In this document: positions 54,160-63,428 of the stretch, piece by piece
Layout of the letters: each line of letters begins with the position of its first letter
How positions within the stretch are numbered: the stretch's first letter is position 1
Source of the DNA: a virus
DNA length: 64,000 nucleotides
Virus record (IMG/VR): IMGVR_UViG_3300045988_139374
Span: 206,994 to 270,993 of that record
Direction: 5' to 3' (one strand)
Program-made: the position numbers and the translations under genes
The notes under the pieces: model-generated
What the model was told of the DNA's origin: nothing
The model's database searches: none
The model's input: only the letters and a program-made list of their open reading frames with translations

Positions 54160-55995
54160 ATATATGGCCTTGTTGGTTTGTACGTGTCGATTCTGTTCGA
54201 CCTCAACATTGCACCGTCTGTAACATCTATCGGTAGATCTCTAATTAGTTCTGCAATCCTTTGTTTTGAAGGTTTCTTAGGGAACAATGTTAAGTTTGGA
54301 AGTCTTAATGATGTTCTCATTTTCATTGATAATGTAAGAATGGAGTATCATGATTGGAAATATAATGATTATGAAGTTCTTGGTTTCAATGGATTTATCT
54401 CTCCCGAAGAGTGTTTCAATAAAATCATGATGAATTGTGGTTTTAAATATATTCCTACAGATCAAGATATGGATACTGTATGGAGAATTATTCAAAACTG
54501 TAATCAGATTGAATTGAATAGACTCTTCTACAAGAATAATCTTTATTGTTTTATGGATCTTCCTATTGCCAGAGATCTAATGGTAAATATTATTACTGAA
54601 ATGAAAGTTCCTTATATTGAACCTGCAAATCCTCCAAAAGAAATTGTTAATGATCTTAATGCTCTTCGAGATTTACTGTTGGAATATGTCTTCTATCGCC
54701 ATCAGTATATGGATAGAATGATCAGAAATAAAGAGATGGTTAAGACTGTTTCTATTGTTTCCGATACGGATTCTTCGTTTATCTCTTTGGATGCTTGGTA
54801 CAATTATAATATACAGTATCTGAAGGATTATGATTGCCTTATTATGCATCAGCAAATCGATGTATATAAATTCCTCGAAGAAGAGAAAAAGAGAAAAGAT
54901 TATTTCTGGGCTGATACTGAAACTCCTGAGTGGTATAATGCAACAGATAATCGATTAGCCACTAAAACTTTGAAAGTAGATAGCTTTGGAGATATTGTAG
55001 ATCAATCGGAACTTGCTGCTATTGAATTCTTAGATGATAAAAAGGATTATGATTTCTTTAGCGAAGAGATCATTAATCAAAGAAGAGCTATTGATGCAAC
55101 TAAGATTATTCCTCAAGACAATGTAAAATTTGCTTTGATCAATATCATGTGCTATATTCTATCTTCTGTGATTAACAAGTATATGATTGATTTTACTAAG
55201 GAATCTGGATCTTATCGGGGCGATGCTAAGTGTAAGATTAACATGAAGAACGAGTTTTATATGTCTCGAATCATGTTGACTGATGCTAAGAAACATTATG
55301 CTAGTTTGCAGATTCTACAGGAAGGTAATTATCTAGGAAATGGTGTTTTGGACGTTAAGGGTATTGACTGTCTTACTAAGTCTTCTACTTCTAAGGACAC
55401 ACAGAAGGCATTGAAAAAGATTCTTCTTGAAGATATGCTAACTGGAAATTCTGTAGATCAATTGAAACTTATTAAAGATATTGCAATACTGGAGAAGACT
55501 ATTTATAATGATCTTCTTTCCGGATCTAAGAAATATTACAAGCCTGCAACTATTAAATCTATGGATAGTTATGAAAATCAAGGAGCTAGAATTCAGGGAG
55601 TTAAAGCAGCTATTGCATGGAATTATGTAAAATGCGATCTTCCTGGGTTTGATCTCGGAGATAGAAATGCTATCGATGTGATTAAGGTTAATGTAAATAA
55701 AGATACTCTAGAATCTATTAAGGATGAGTATCCTGAACAGTATCAAAAACTCTGTGAATTAACAGATCCTAAAAATCAGAATCTCGCTGATGGATTAAAA
55801 GTCTGTGATCTATTCAAGGGTAAACTTGATACTATTGCATTGCCTAAAGATCTTCCTGTTCCAGAATGGTTGAGAAAACTGATTGATTATCAAGAGATTA
55901 TTACTGATAACCTTGGTAATTTTCCTGTATCTTCTGCTGGAATCGGCCAATTTGGCGCAAAGAAAGCAAACTACTCTAATGTAGTAAGAATCTAA
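54160..55995 (+). CDS. family B DNA polymerase fragment, exon 2 (rest of motif B, palm motif C, thumb)
   Basis: The exon begins IYGLVGLYVSILFDLNIAPSVTSIGRSLI and carries motif C as IVSDTDSSFISLD. The splice product KIDVNG|IYG matches Kx3N(S/G)xYG. Confidence 0.7.
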   Translation: MYGLVGLYVSILFDLNIAPSVTSIGRSLISSAILCFEGFLGNNVKFGSLNDVLIFIDNVRMEYHDWKYNDYEVLGFNGFISPEECFNKIMMNCGFKYIPTDQDMDTVWRIIQNCNQIELNRLFYKNNLYCFMDLPIARDLMVNIITEMKVPYIEPANPPKEIVNDLNALRDLLLEYVFYRHQYMDRMIRNKEMVKTVSIVSDTDSSFISLDAWYNYNIQYLKDYDCLIMHQQIDVYKFLEEEKKRKDYFWADTETPEWYNATDNRLATKTLKVDSFGDIVDQSELAAIEFLDDKKDYDFFSEEIINQRRAIDATKIIPQDNVKFALINIMCYILSSVINKYMIDFTKESGSYRGDAKCKINMKNEFYMSRIMLTDAKKHYASLQILQEGNYLGNGVLDVKGIDCLTKSSTSKDTQKALKKILLEDMLTGNSVDQLKLIKDIAILEKTIYNDLLSGSKKYYKPATIKSMDSYENQGARIQGVKAAIAWNYVKCDLPGFDLGDRNAIDVIKVNVNKDTLESIKDEYPEQYQKLCELTDPKNQNLADGLKVCDLFKGKLDTIALPKDLPVPEWLRKLIDYQEIITDNLGNFPVSSAGIGQFGAKKANYSNVVRI

Positions 55996-56005
55996 AAGCA
56001 AATAA

Positions 56006-56042
56006 TAGGATAGGTATAAAGCCTATCCTATTATTTTTTTTT
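56006..56042 (+). terminator. rho-independent terminator
   Basis: TAGGATAGG pairs with CCTATCCTA, followed by a long T-run. Confidence 0.8.
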
Positions 56043-56066
56043 ATTTATTGTTATTTATTTCAAATA

Positions 56067-56104
56067 GATATTATAACAGTGATAGAGACATGTACGTTCT
56101 CTAC
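56067..56104 (+). promoter_or_regulatory. conserved promoter (-10 GATATTATAACAGTGA) plus 5' hairpin
   Basis: The stem is TAGAGA (56083-56088) / TCTCTA (56098-56103). Architecture matches the other copies. Confidence 0.5.
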
Positions 56105-56139
56105 CAAGTCAAAAATATTTTATAGGAGGTCCAAAGATT

Positions 56140-56745
56140 ATGGATCACAAAGGTTTTATCGTAAGAGAAGATGCAGCAGCTGAATTTAAGAAGGATATCT
56201 CTGAAAAGAGAAAATCTCTTCCTAAACCAAAGAGAAACAGCAATCGTGGATTTGTTGTTCGCAATGACAGCAATCCCAGAAGCTTTCAGCTTGGAAAGAA
56301 AGTTGCTTACAAAACCTTCAGACTCTGGCCTGATGATGTTCAGGCTATGTATCTGAAAGACATCTTGAGCAAATATCCTGGGTTAACTTCTAGGAATATT
56401 GCCATCATGATGGGATGCTCTCCCATCACGATCAGAGAAATTAATCAGAAGCTTGGAAATATCATTCCTACTTTTGATAGGAAAAGTCCTCAGAAAGAGC
56501 ACGATGACATCGTGAATCGGTTTTACACTGATTACGATTGTCTGAAAGCTGCTGCAGAATATGCAGCTACCAAGCAAAGTATCAGGAAAAAATGGAGTAA
56601 GAAATCCAAATCCACAATCAGTATTCAGAATATGAGCATGACTGTCAGCTTCAATATTGATACTGACAATATTGCTCAATTTCTGAAAGAGCATGGGTTC
56701 AATGGTCAGGTAACTCTGACCATTAGTAAGAACATCAGCGAATAA
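56140..56745 (+). CDS. putative DNA-binding protein (HTH in central region)
   Basis: 201 codons with a TAGGAGGT RBS. LTSRNIAIMMGCSPITIREINQKLG looks like a helix-turn-helix, and codon usage is G+C-rich. Confidence 0.4.
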   Translation: MDHKGFIVREDAAAEFKKDISEKRKSLPKPKRNSNRGFVVRNDSNPRSFQLGKKVAYKTFRLWPDDVQAMYLKDILSKYPGLTSRNIAIMMGCSPITIREINQKLGNIIPTFDRKSPQKEHDDIVNRFYTDYDCLKAAAEYAATKQSIRKKWSKKSKSTISIQNMSMTVSFNIDTDNIAQFLKEHGFNGQVTLTISKNISE

Positions 56746-56774
56746 GAATAAAAAGAAAAAGGAGATAAAAAAAT

Positions 56775-57728
56775 ATGTTTAGCCTTAATAATGGTTCTAC
56801 CACTTCTACTCTTCGTGACAAGCTCATGAAGTATAAAAAGATTATCTTTCACTCCGGCGTATTTCACGCCGATGAGGTATATGCTACGGCATACCTCATG
56901 ATTTTGTATGACGTATTCGGCCTTCCGTTTCCTAAGTGGGAACGTAAGAATGTTATCTCTCCTGAGATGACCGAGGAGAACGGTTATCTCGTGTATGACG
57001 TTGGTGGTGGTCGTTTTGACCACCATTTTCCAGAAGAACAGAAGCAGCGTAGAGAAGATGGAACTCCTTATGCTGCATTTGGGTTGATTGTAAGAGAGTT
57101 CCATGAAGGATTCTTGACCCAGGAGGAATATGAAGCTTTCGACTCCTCTTGGGTCAAAGGTATCGATCTCAATGATAATACCGGATGTGGAAACCCGGCT
57201 GCATTTGAGATCAAATGCATGAATCCCACTTGGGATTCACCAAATAATAACACCGACATCAGAGTGTTTACTGCAATCAGCAAAGCAAGAGATACGCTCG
57301 AATATATCATTGAGCATATCTATGCTGATTGTCATGCACGTGAGTGTGCAGAGACTGCAGTAGACATTGCTGATGGGTGCGTGTACTTGGAGCATTATGC
57401 ACCTATCGGTAAATATATTGCGCCGAAAGATGGAATCGCATTTTTTGGTTTTCCGAGTAATCGGGAAATCGGAAAGTATTCCATTACTTCCGTTAAATGG
57501 AAGGGAGTTAATAAAGCTCTGTTCCCTCAGCAGTTTAGAGGACTGAGTGCAAAAACTCCTAATTTTGCTCAGATCAATTTCAACACTGGTCTGAGTTTCG
57601 TACACCCGAGTGGATTTATGGCCACTTTTGATAGTAAGGAATTGGCCAAGAAATTCATGCGGGATTATAAGAATCAGTTTGAGATTCCTGTACCTGTAGA
57701 AGATGATAAAGAGGAGGCGCAGGAATAA
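56775..57728 (+). CDS. MYG1/UPF0160-family metal-dependent hydrolase
   Basis: FHSGVFHADEVYA and YDVGGGRFDHHFPE match the MYG1 family signatures (HxGxFHxDE and DVGG..yDHH), recalled from memory. Confidence 0.65.
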   Translation: MFSLNNGSTTSTLRDKLMKYKKIIFHSGVFHADEVYATAYLMILYDVFGLPFPKWERKNVISPEMTEENGYLVYDVGGGRFDHHFPEEQKQRREDGTPYAAFGLIVREFHEGFLTQEEYEAFDSSWVKGIDLNDNTGCGNPAAFEIKCMNPTWDSPNNNTDIRVFTAISKARDTLEYIIEHIYADCHARECAETAVDIADGCVYLEHYAPIGKYIAPKDGIAFFGFPSNREIGKYSITSVKWKGVNKALFPQQFRGLSAKTPNFAQINFNTGLSFVHPSGFMATFDSKELAKKFMRDYKNQFEIPVPVEDDKEEAQE

Positions 57729-58147
57729 TGAACATGCTTATTGTGAATAATCTCAATAGAAGTGGAGATCTCCCAGAAATTGAGGTTAATATTTACAATG
57801 AGAAGAAAAGGGAAATTGTATACAGTTCTACTATGCAATTTTCTGGAACATGTTTTTTATGCTTCCGTAAATATAACGGAACCGTAACGTGTTCCGCTAT
57901 TGGCAAGTCTCCTAATATTGATTATATGGATCTTGTCAATAAAGGAGTAGATAAAGCAACCATAATCGGAATCATGAAAGGAGCGATTACTTATTCAATT
58001 TGTAATATGATTATCACAGCAAAGGTGTTTGATAAAGATATTCATGGAGAACCTATCCATGTAGAAGATGTGAATATCTTTCCAAATACTGAAAAAGAAA
58101 GGGAGATTGATAAGTTTATTGAGGATTGTTATTTCATGATCTCTTAA
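57728..58147 (+). CDS. hypothetical protein
   Basis: 139 codons. The ATG overlaps the upstream stop (TAATG). Confidence 0.7.
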   Translation: MNMLIVNNLNRSGDLPEIEVNIYNEKKREIVYSSTMQFSGTCFLCFRKYNGTVTCSAIGKSPNIDYMDLVNKGVDKATIIGIMKGAITYSICNMIITAKVFDKDIHGEPIHVEDVNIFPNTEKEREIDKFIEDCYFMIS

Positions 58148-58161
58148 TCATTAATATAAAA

Positions 58162-58198
58162 GGAGTGGGTTTCATTCGCCCACTCCTTTTATTTTTTA
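58162..58198 (+). terminator. rho-independent terminator
   Basis: GGAGTGGG pairs with CCCACTCC, followed by a T-run. It is a near-duplicate of 1764-1803. Confidence 0.85.
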
Positions 58199-58255
58199 TT
58201 ATATTATCGACTTTTATATAATTTAGCCCCATTATATATTAGGAGGATTTATATT

Positions 58256-59188
58256 ATGTCTCAGGCAGATATCATCTTTAAAAACACTTGCCTTGATATT
58301 ATCAATAATGGTATTGATACTACTGGTGAAAGTGTAAGAGCAACTTGGGCAGATACCAATGAGCCTGCTTATACTATTAAGAAATTTGGAGTTGTAAATC
58401 GTTATAATCTTCAAAAGGAATTTCCTGCTATTACTATGCGTCCTACTAGTATTAAAGCAGCTGCCGATGAACTTCTTTGGATTTGGCAAAAGAAGAGTAA
58501 TAATGTAAATGATTTGAATTCTCATATTTGGGATTCTTGGGCAGATGCTGAAGGGTCTATTGGTAAAGCATATGGATATCAAATCGGTAAAACTTATGCT
58601 CATCATCATTTGAATGATTATCCTACTGCTGAAGTATTTGCAGAGCTGAAGGAATATCCTTCTTCTAGGGTAGTATTTAAAGACGATAATTATTGGGTAT
58701 TGCTTGACCAAATTGATGGAGTAATTTGGGATCTTAAGCATAATCCTTTTTCTAGAAGAATCATGACTAATATTTATAACTTTGAAGATCTTCATGATAT
58801 GAATCTTTATCCTTGCGCATATTCCATGACCTTCAATGTTACTAGAGATAAAGAAGATGGTAGACTCACTCTAAATGGTATTCTTAATCAACGTTCTCAA
58901 GACATGCTTACCGCAGGCAATTGGAATGTTGTACAATATGCAATTCTTATTATGATGCTTGCTAAAGTTTGTGACATGTATCCTGGAGAATTGGTACATG
59001 TGATCGCTGATTGCCATATTTATGATCGTCATATTCCTATTGTAAAAGAACTTATTGAACGTCCTACTTTTGATGCTCCTAATGTATGGCTTGATAAAGT
59101 AGATAATTTCTATGACTTTAAAATCGATAATATTCATATCGATAATTATCAGCATAATTCTCAGATTAAATTCCCTGTTGCAATTTAA
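58256..59188 (+). CDS. thyA: thymidylate synthase (ThyA-type; a dUMP hydroxymethylase-type variant cannot be excluded)
   Basis: RRIMTNIYN..LYPCAYSMTFNV contains the active-site Cys, and LNQRSQDMLTAGNWNVVQYAIL matches the QRSxD..LG.PFNIASYALL signature. Confidence 0.75.
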   Translation: MSQADIIFKNTCLDIINNGIDTTGESVRATWADTNEPAYTIKKFGVVNRYNLQKEFPAITMRPTSIKAAADELLWIWQKKSNNVNDLNSHIWDSWADAEGSIGKAYGYQIGKTYAHHHLNDYPTAEVFAELKEYPSSRVVFKDDNYWVLLDQIDGVIWDLKHNPFSRRIMTNIYNFEDLHDMNLYPCAYSMTFNVTRDKEDGRLTLNGILNQRSQDMLTAGNWNVVQYAILIMMLAKVCDMYPGELVHVIADCHIYDRHIPIVKELIERPTFDAPNVWLDKVDNFYDFKIDNIHIDNYQHNSQIKFPVAI

Positions 59189-59214
59189 TATAATTAAAAG
59201 GAGAATAAATTAAA

Positions 59215-59493
59215 ATGGAAGAAAAGCTGGTTATTCGTGGAGCAAAGATTGGTTCTACTTATAGAGTAGATATTAGAAATTTAGAGCCTATAAATCCTTT
59301 TAACGTGATCACTGAGAGGATTATGCGAGTATTGTATATTGCTAGGCATAATACTACTGATGAATACCTTGTTGCTTGCTGTCCTTTTAATTATATAGAA
59401 GATGAATGTAAATCTAGTGATGTGACTGATAATGTAAAAATGATTCCTATTTCTGTATGGAGAAAAATTGCAACTAGAATCGATAGAGGATAA
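59215..59493 (+). CDS. hypothetical protein
   Basis: 92 codons with an AAAGGAGAA RBS. Confidence 0.7.
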   Translation: MEEKLVIRGAKIGSTYRVDIRNLEPINPFNVITERIMRVLYIARHNTTDEYLVACCPFNYIEDECKSSDVTDNVKMIPISVWRKIATRIDRG

Positions 59494-59497
59494 AATA

Positions 59498-59761
59498 ATG
59501 AAAGTTAAAGTTGGAGAAATTTATAAGCATCATAAAGGATCTTTTGTAAAAGTAGTTGCTCTATGTAAGCATACTGAAACGCTAGAAGATATGATTGCAT
59601 ATATTCATGTAAATAATACTTCTGCGAATAATACAGATCCTAATCTGTTCTTTGCCACAGATCATACTGTGTGGGTACGCCCTGCAAGTATGTGGTTTGA
59701 TAAAGTTAAAGATGGAACTACTACTAGATTTACTCTTGTTGAATTTAAGGAGAAAAAATGA
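59498..59761 (+). CDS. DUF1653-like protein
   Basis: The ATG at 59498 is internal Met 11 of the track ORF. IYKHHKGSFVKVVALCKHTETLEDMIAYIHV...WVRPASMWFDKV fits the DUF1653 pattern YxHYKG..Y.V...A.HTET.E..VVY...WVRP..MF. Confidence 0.55.
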   Translation: MKVKVGEIYKHHKGSFVKVVALCKHTETLEDMIAYIHVNNTSANNTDPNLFFATDHTVWVRPASMWFDKVKDGTTTRFTLVEFKEKK

Positions 59762-59762
59762 A

Positions 59763-60419
59763 ATGATGAAAGCAATTGTATGCGTAGACAACAATTGGGC
59801 TATCGGAAATCAGAATAATCTTCTTTTTAATATTAAAGAAGATATGGCTCGATTTAAAGATATTACAATGGGTAAAACTATTGTATACGGTCGTAAGACA
59901 CTAGAATCATTTCCTGGAATGAAACCTCTTCCTGGACGTAAGAATATTGTTATGACCAGAGATTTTAATCATCTTGAATCTAAATCTTTGTTTGCTGCTA
60001 AGTATGCAGGATTTTTCTTAGCTCCTCCTGAATCTGAAGGTAGAGGTAGAATTCGTAATCCTGATATAGATGAAGCAGAGTATAGATCTTCTTTTGCTGT
60101 TAGACGTAATCCTGAAGTTAAGACTCCTAATAATAGAACTATGATTTTCTGGGTAGAAAATCTTCGTGGCTTACTCGACGCAGTAGAAATTATTGGAGAC
60201 AGTGAAAATACTATAGTCTGTGGTGGAGAGCAGATTTATAGACTTCTACTTCCTTATTATGATACAGTATATGTAACTAAAGTAAATGCTGAAGCTCCTG
60301 CACATGATGCAACATTTCCTAATCTAGATCAAATGGATGATTGGAAAGTTGTTGAAGATGAAGATTGGAGATCTAATGGATCTTATAATTTTAAATTTAT
60401 GACTTATAAAAGGAAATAA
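59763..60419 (+). CDS. folA: dihydrofolate reductase with an internal insertion of about 55 aa
   Basis: The ATG at 59763 is internal Met 38 of the track ORF. VDNNWAIGNQNNLLFNIKEDMARFK..TIVYGRKTLESFP..PLPGRKNIVMTR...VCGGEQIY is colinear with bacterial DHFR. Confidence 0.7.
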   Translation: MMKAIVCVDNNWAIGNQNNLLFNIKEDMARFKDITMGKTIVYGRKTLESFPGMKPLPGRKNIVMTRDFNHLESKSLFAAKYAGFFLAPPESEGRGRIRNPDIDEAEYRSSFAVRRNPEVKTPNNRTMIFWVENLRGLLDAVEIIGDSENTIVCGGEQIYRLLLPYYDTVYVTKVNAEAPAHDATFPNLDQMDDWKVVEDEDWRSNGSYNFKFMTYKRK

Positions 60420-60424
60420 ATCTT

Positions 60425-61306
60425 ATGGATATGGTGAATGTGAATTTTGGATATCTTGTAAAGAATTTTACCGATAGAAATAGTGAAGGCGAACGCTACA
60501 CTATGTTTGAAAATCCTAATAAGATTTATGACAGATTTTCTGAAGTTAAAGGTAGAATTGTTTATGATGGATATAATAAGATGATAGAATATGTACAGCA
60601 GAATATTCTTACTTTATTATCATCCGCTGTGGATAAAAAACCTAAGGCTTTAAGAACTATTACAGATAAAGATTTTCTTGTAGCTTTGGATATGTCTGGT
60701 ATAGCTCTTGATAGAGAATATACTAATAGATTCAATAGAGTATATCGAGCTTATGTAATTAATCCTGCAAACAATGTTCTTTATAATGAAGAAAATGCTT
60801 GTTTGCTTGGAAAAATTGCTATAAGAATGAATCGAGAAATGATCAATAATCTTATGAGTCTTGGTCTTTCTGAGAGTTATGCTTTATGGATTGCAGTAAA
60901 TAGAAATTCTAGTACAGATGAACGTCGTAATATTAGAAGAATGGTTCGTGCTATGCAACACATGGATCCTGATATTATGACTGAGCAGATGGTAGTAAAT
61001 GTATTTTCTAAGACTTTTAGTGATCAGCTTACGAATCTTTTTATTTCTATCATGACAGATAGATTTGATGCCTTTGATGACGACAATGAAAAATATGTCT
61101 ACTCTGCTGTATCTAATGCTATCTTGGATATTCTAAATACTATGGATATTGATGAGATCAAAGATATTGTATTTGAGTATGAGAATGAATTAAAAAGATC
61201 TGGAGTTAAAGGAAGATTTTCCATGATGGCTATTAGTCCTGGGGAATATCCTGCAATTTGTAGAGCAATGGATGAAATTGAAGCTATGGGAATAAAGATT
61301 GAATAA
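60425..61306 (+). CDS. hypothetical protein
   Basis: 293 codons, followed by a terminator. Confidence 0.8.
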   Translation: MDMVNVNFGYLVKNFTDRNSEGERYTMFENPNKIYDRFSEVKGRIVYDGYNKMIEYVQQNILTLLSSAVDKKPKALRTITDKDFLVALDMSGIALDREYTNRFNRVYRAYVINPANNVLYNEENACLLGKIAIRMNREMINNLMSLGLSESYALWIAVNRNSSTDERRNIRRMVRAMQHMDPDIMTEQMVVNVFSKTFSDQLTNLFISIMTDRFDAFDDDNEKYVYSAVSNAILDILNTMDIDEIKDIVFEYENELKRSGVKGRFSMMAISPGEYPAICRAMDEIEAMGIKIE

Positions 61307-61314
61307 CTAATATT

Positions 61315-61353
61315 AGAGGAATGGAGTAAAATCCATTCCTCTATTTTATTTTA
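61315..61353 (+). terminator. rho-independent terminator
   Basis: AGAGGAATGGA pairs with TCCATTCCTCT, followed by a T-rich run. Confidence 0.85.
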
Positions 61354-61356
61354 TAA

Positions 61357-61566
61357 TCTGACGCTTCTAATAAGATTAAGAGTACAGATTTTACATCAGG
61401 GTATCAATTCACATTAGGTATTCCAATATCTGTTGCATGTAAAAGTGACCATAATTGTATTGCATATATAACTAAATCATATTGGATATATTGTATGTAT
61501 TTTAGTACGACTGGTAGTGCTGATTATAAAATATATAATAGGCCTTGTATAGTATATTATATTTAA
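61357..61566 (+). other. start-less DAS cassette C1 (family C, 69 codons)
   Basis: Motif core at 61359-61369 with in-frame TAA at 61354-61356. The ORF reads SDASNKIKSTDFTSGYQFTLGIPISVAC...NRPCIVYYI-stop. Confidence 0.65.
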
Positions 61567-61571
61567 TTATA

Positions 61572-61612
61572 AACCAATAGAGAGAAATCTCTATTGGTTT
61601 TATTTTTTTTTT
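61572..61612 (+). terminator. terminator hairpin inside the cassette array
   Basis: AACCAATAGAGA pairs with TCTCTATTGGTT, followed by a T-rich tract (TTTATTTTTTTTTT). Confidence 0.8.
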
Positions 61613-61636
61613 GAAAATATATTAAAATTATAATAA

Positions 61637-61849
61637 TTTGACGCTTCTACTAAAATTAGGCATCAAGATATAAATATTACAGATAGTAGTGGATATACTT
61701 TTAGAACTGGAACACCTATATCTGCAGTATATATAGGAGATACAAGTAGTAATTATGCTATTATAACTTTTTCAAATGTAATTATGATAAAAGGTTTCGG
61801 ATCATTAGGTTCTAGTACTACAGGTACTGCTAGAGTATATTATATCTAA
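61637..61849 (+). other. start-less DAS cassette C2 (family C, 70 codons)
   Basis: Motif core at 61639-61649 with in-frame TAA at 61634-61636. FDASTKIRHQDINITDSSGYTFRTGTPISAVY...GTARVYYI-stop is followed by the degenerate motif ATCTAATGAtatTTC. Confidence 0.65.
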
Positions 61850-61904
61850 TGATATTTCACATCATAATAATTCTCGAAAACTTTTCATAAAGGAGATAAT
61901 TATT

Positions 61905-62408
61905 ATGAATTTTAATATGAAGCAAATCCATACTATCTATGAATCTGGCGTCAATGATCAGACTGGAGCAAATCTAGATAATACTCTAAGATCTGCAGAC
62001 CTTATGGAAATTTTTGATAATATCTGCCCTATTACTGGTGGCGTATATAAGGCAATGAAGAATGCTGCTGCTGATCCGCAGAATCTTAAAGTTACAGTCT
62101 CTAAGAATGGTGAAGGTGAAAAGGCAAGTCTTTTCATTGAAGCTGTAGAATTTATGACTTATGTAGAAGCTTGCGGTAAGACTATCGGTGAAGCAGCAGA
62201 TGATATTGTAGATGCATATCAAACTGATATTCCTGGCATGGCAAGCGATGATATTCATATTGTATTTCCTAGTGATGCTCTTAATAAGAATGATCTTGGA
62301 AGTCAGAATTATGGCAGAGATGTTAAGAATGACTGGGCAATGCAATTGATGACTGGAATTCGCAGATATGGTCTAAAGGCTAATATTGGTGTAGAAGAAA
62401 GTAAGTAA
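61905..62408 (+). CDS. hypothetical protein
   Basis: 167 codons with an AAAGGAGA RBS. The gene lies between two convergent cassette arrays. Confidence 0.8.
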   Translation: MNFNMKQIHTIYESGVNDQTGANLDNTLRSADLMEIFDNICPITGGVYKAMKNAAADPQNLKVTVSKNGEGEKASLFIEAVEFMTYVEACGKTIGEAADDIVDAYQTDIPGMASDDIHIVFPSDALNKNDLGSQNYGRDVKNDWAMQLMTGIRRYGLKANIGVEESK

Positions 62409-62454
62409 GTATTTATTTCCAGGTATAATAGATAGTAAAACATATTTGAATTAA

Positions 62455-62497
62455 AATAATTCACTAGAGATCCTTCTCTAGTGAATTATTATTTGCT
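62455..62497. terminator. bidirectional terminator hairpin
   Basis: TTCACTAGAGA (62460-62470) pairs with TCTCTAGTGAA (62475-62485). Confidence 0.85.
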
Positions 62498-63409
62498 TTA
62501 TCTTATCATTATAAGTGGAAATATGCCAGGATTTTTATCTCCATTACCATAATTGTAAACATCTTTGTCTATTACAGATCCATTAGATACACACCATGGC
62601 ATATCATAATAAGAAGAATGAGCATTACCATACGAAGTTCCTCTTAATCCTCTTAGAAGCGAGTAATCTCCAAATTGCCAAGTATTAAAATTAAAATATG
62701 GTAGTTTATAATTAGCTTCACCATCATCATAAACTGTATTATTTACACCAAAAGTACCAGTAATTTGACCAGCACTCATAAGAGCACCATAACATACAGT
62801 CCATTCATATCCAGTGGTATTACTACCAACATTAGCGCTATTAGACAGTAGCATTCTTCTTTTTATTAAATGATCTTTTAATATAGAATCATTATTTACA
62901 AATGAAGATTGTAAATAATTGTTAATTTTTTTATGAACACCAGTATTCATATAACCATTGCTTAATGACATATTTCCATTATCATATGTAAAAAACGATG
63001 TTGTAGGAATCATAAATATACCATATCCATTATCATAAGTAGTTCCATCTGAAGCAGTTTTATTATGCTCACAATCAAATCCAACTATTACCCATGTCTT
63101 ATTATATGTACCATCTTTAATAGTTATTGTAGAACCAATAGAAGCGTCATAATAGCCAGTAGCATGATTACATGTACTAAGAAAATTATCTACATCGCTA
63201 ATACTAGACCAAGTACCAAGATTCTTAACTTCATATCTAGTATTAGGAGGAGTAGTATCATGATCCAAATTACTGCTATCACCTAGAATTTTGATAATAA
63301 TAGATTGTATAGATGTATCAGCACTAAAGGATGAACAATCAGGCAATCCTCCAACTTCATAAATTGTAACTATATCTTTACCTAAAGATACTTTATTAGA
63401 AGCGTCAGA
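62498..63409 (-). other. start-less DAS cassette D (303 codons, composite D1 plus D2; tail-fibre-tip-like)
   Basis: Reverse motif core at 63397-63407 with an in-frame TAA just upstream on the minus strand. The ORF reads SDASNKVSLGKDIVTIYEVGGLPDC...HATGYY|DASIGSTITIKDG... and has a second in-frame motif copy at 63139-63149. The sequence is G/N/Y/T-rich. Confidence 0.65.
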
Positions 63410-63428
63410 TTATTTAAAATAAATATAA

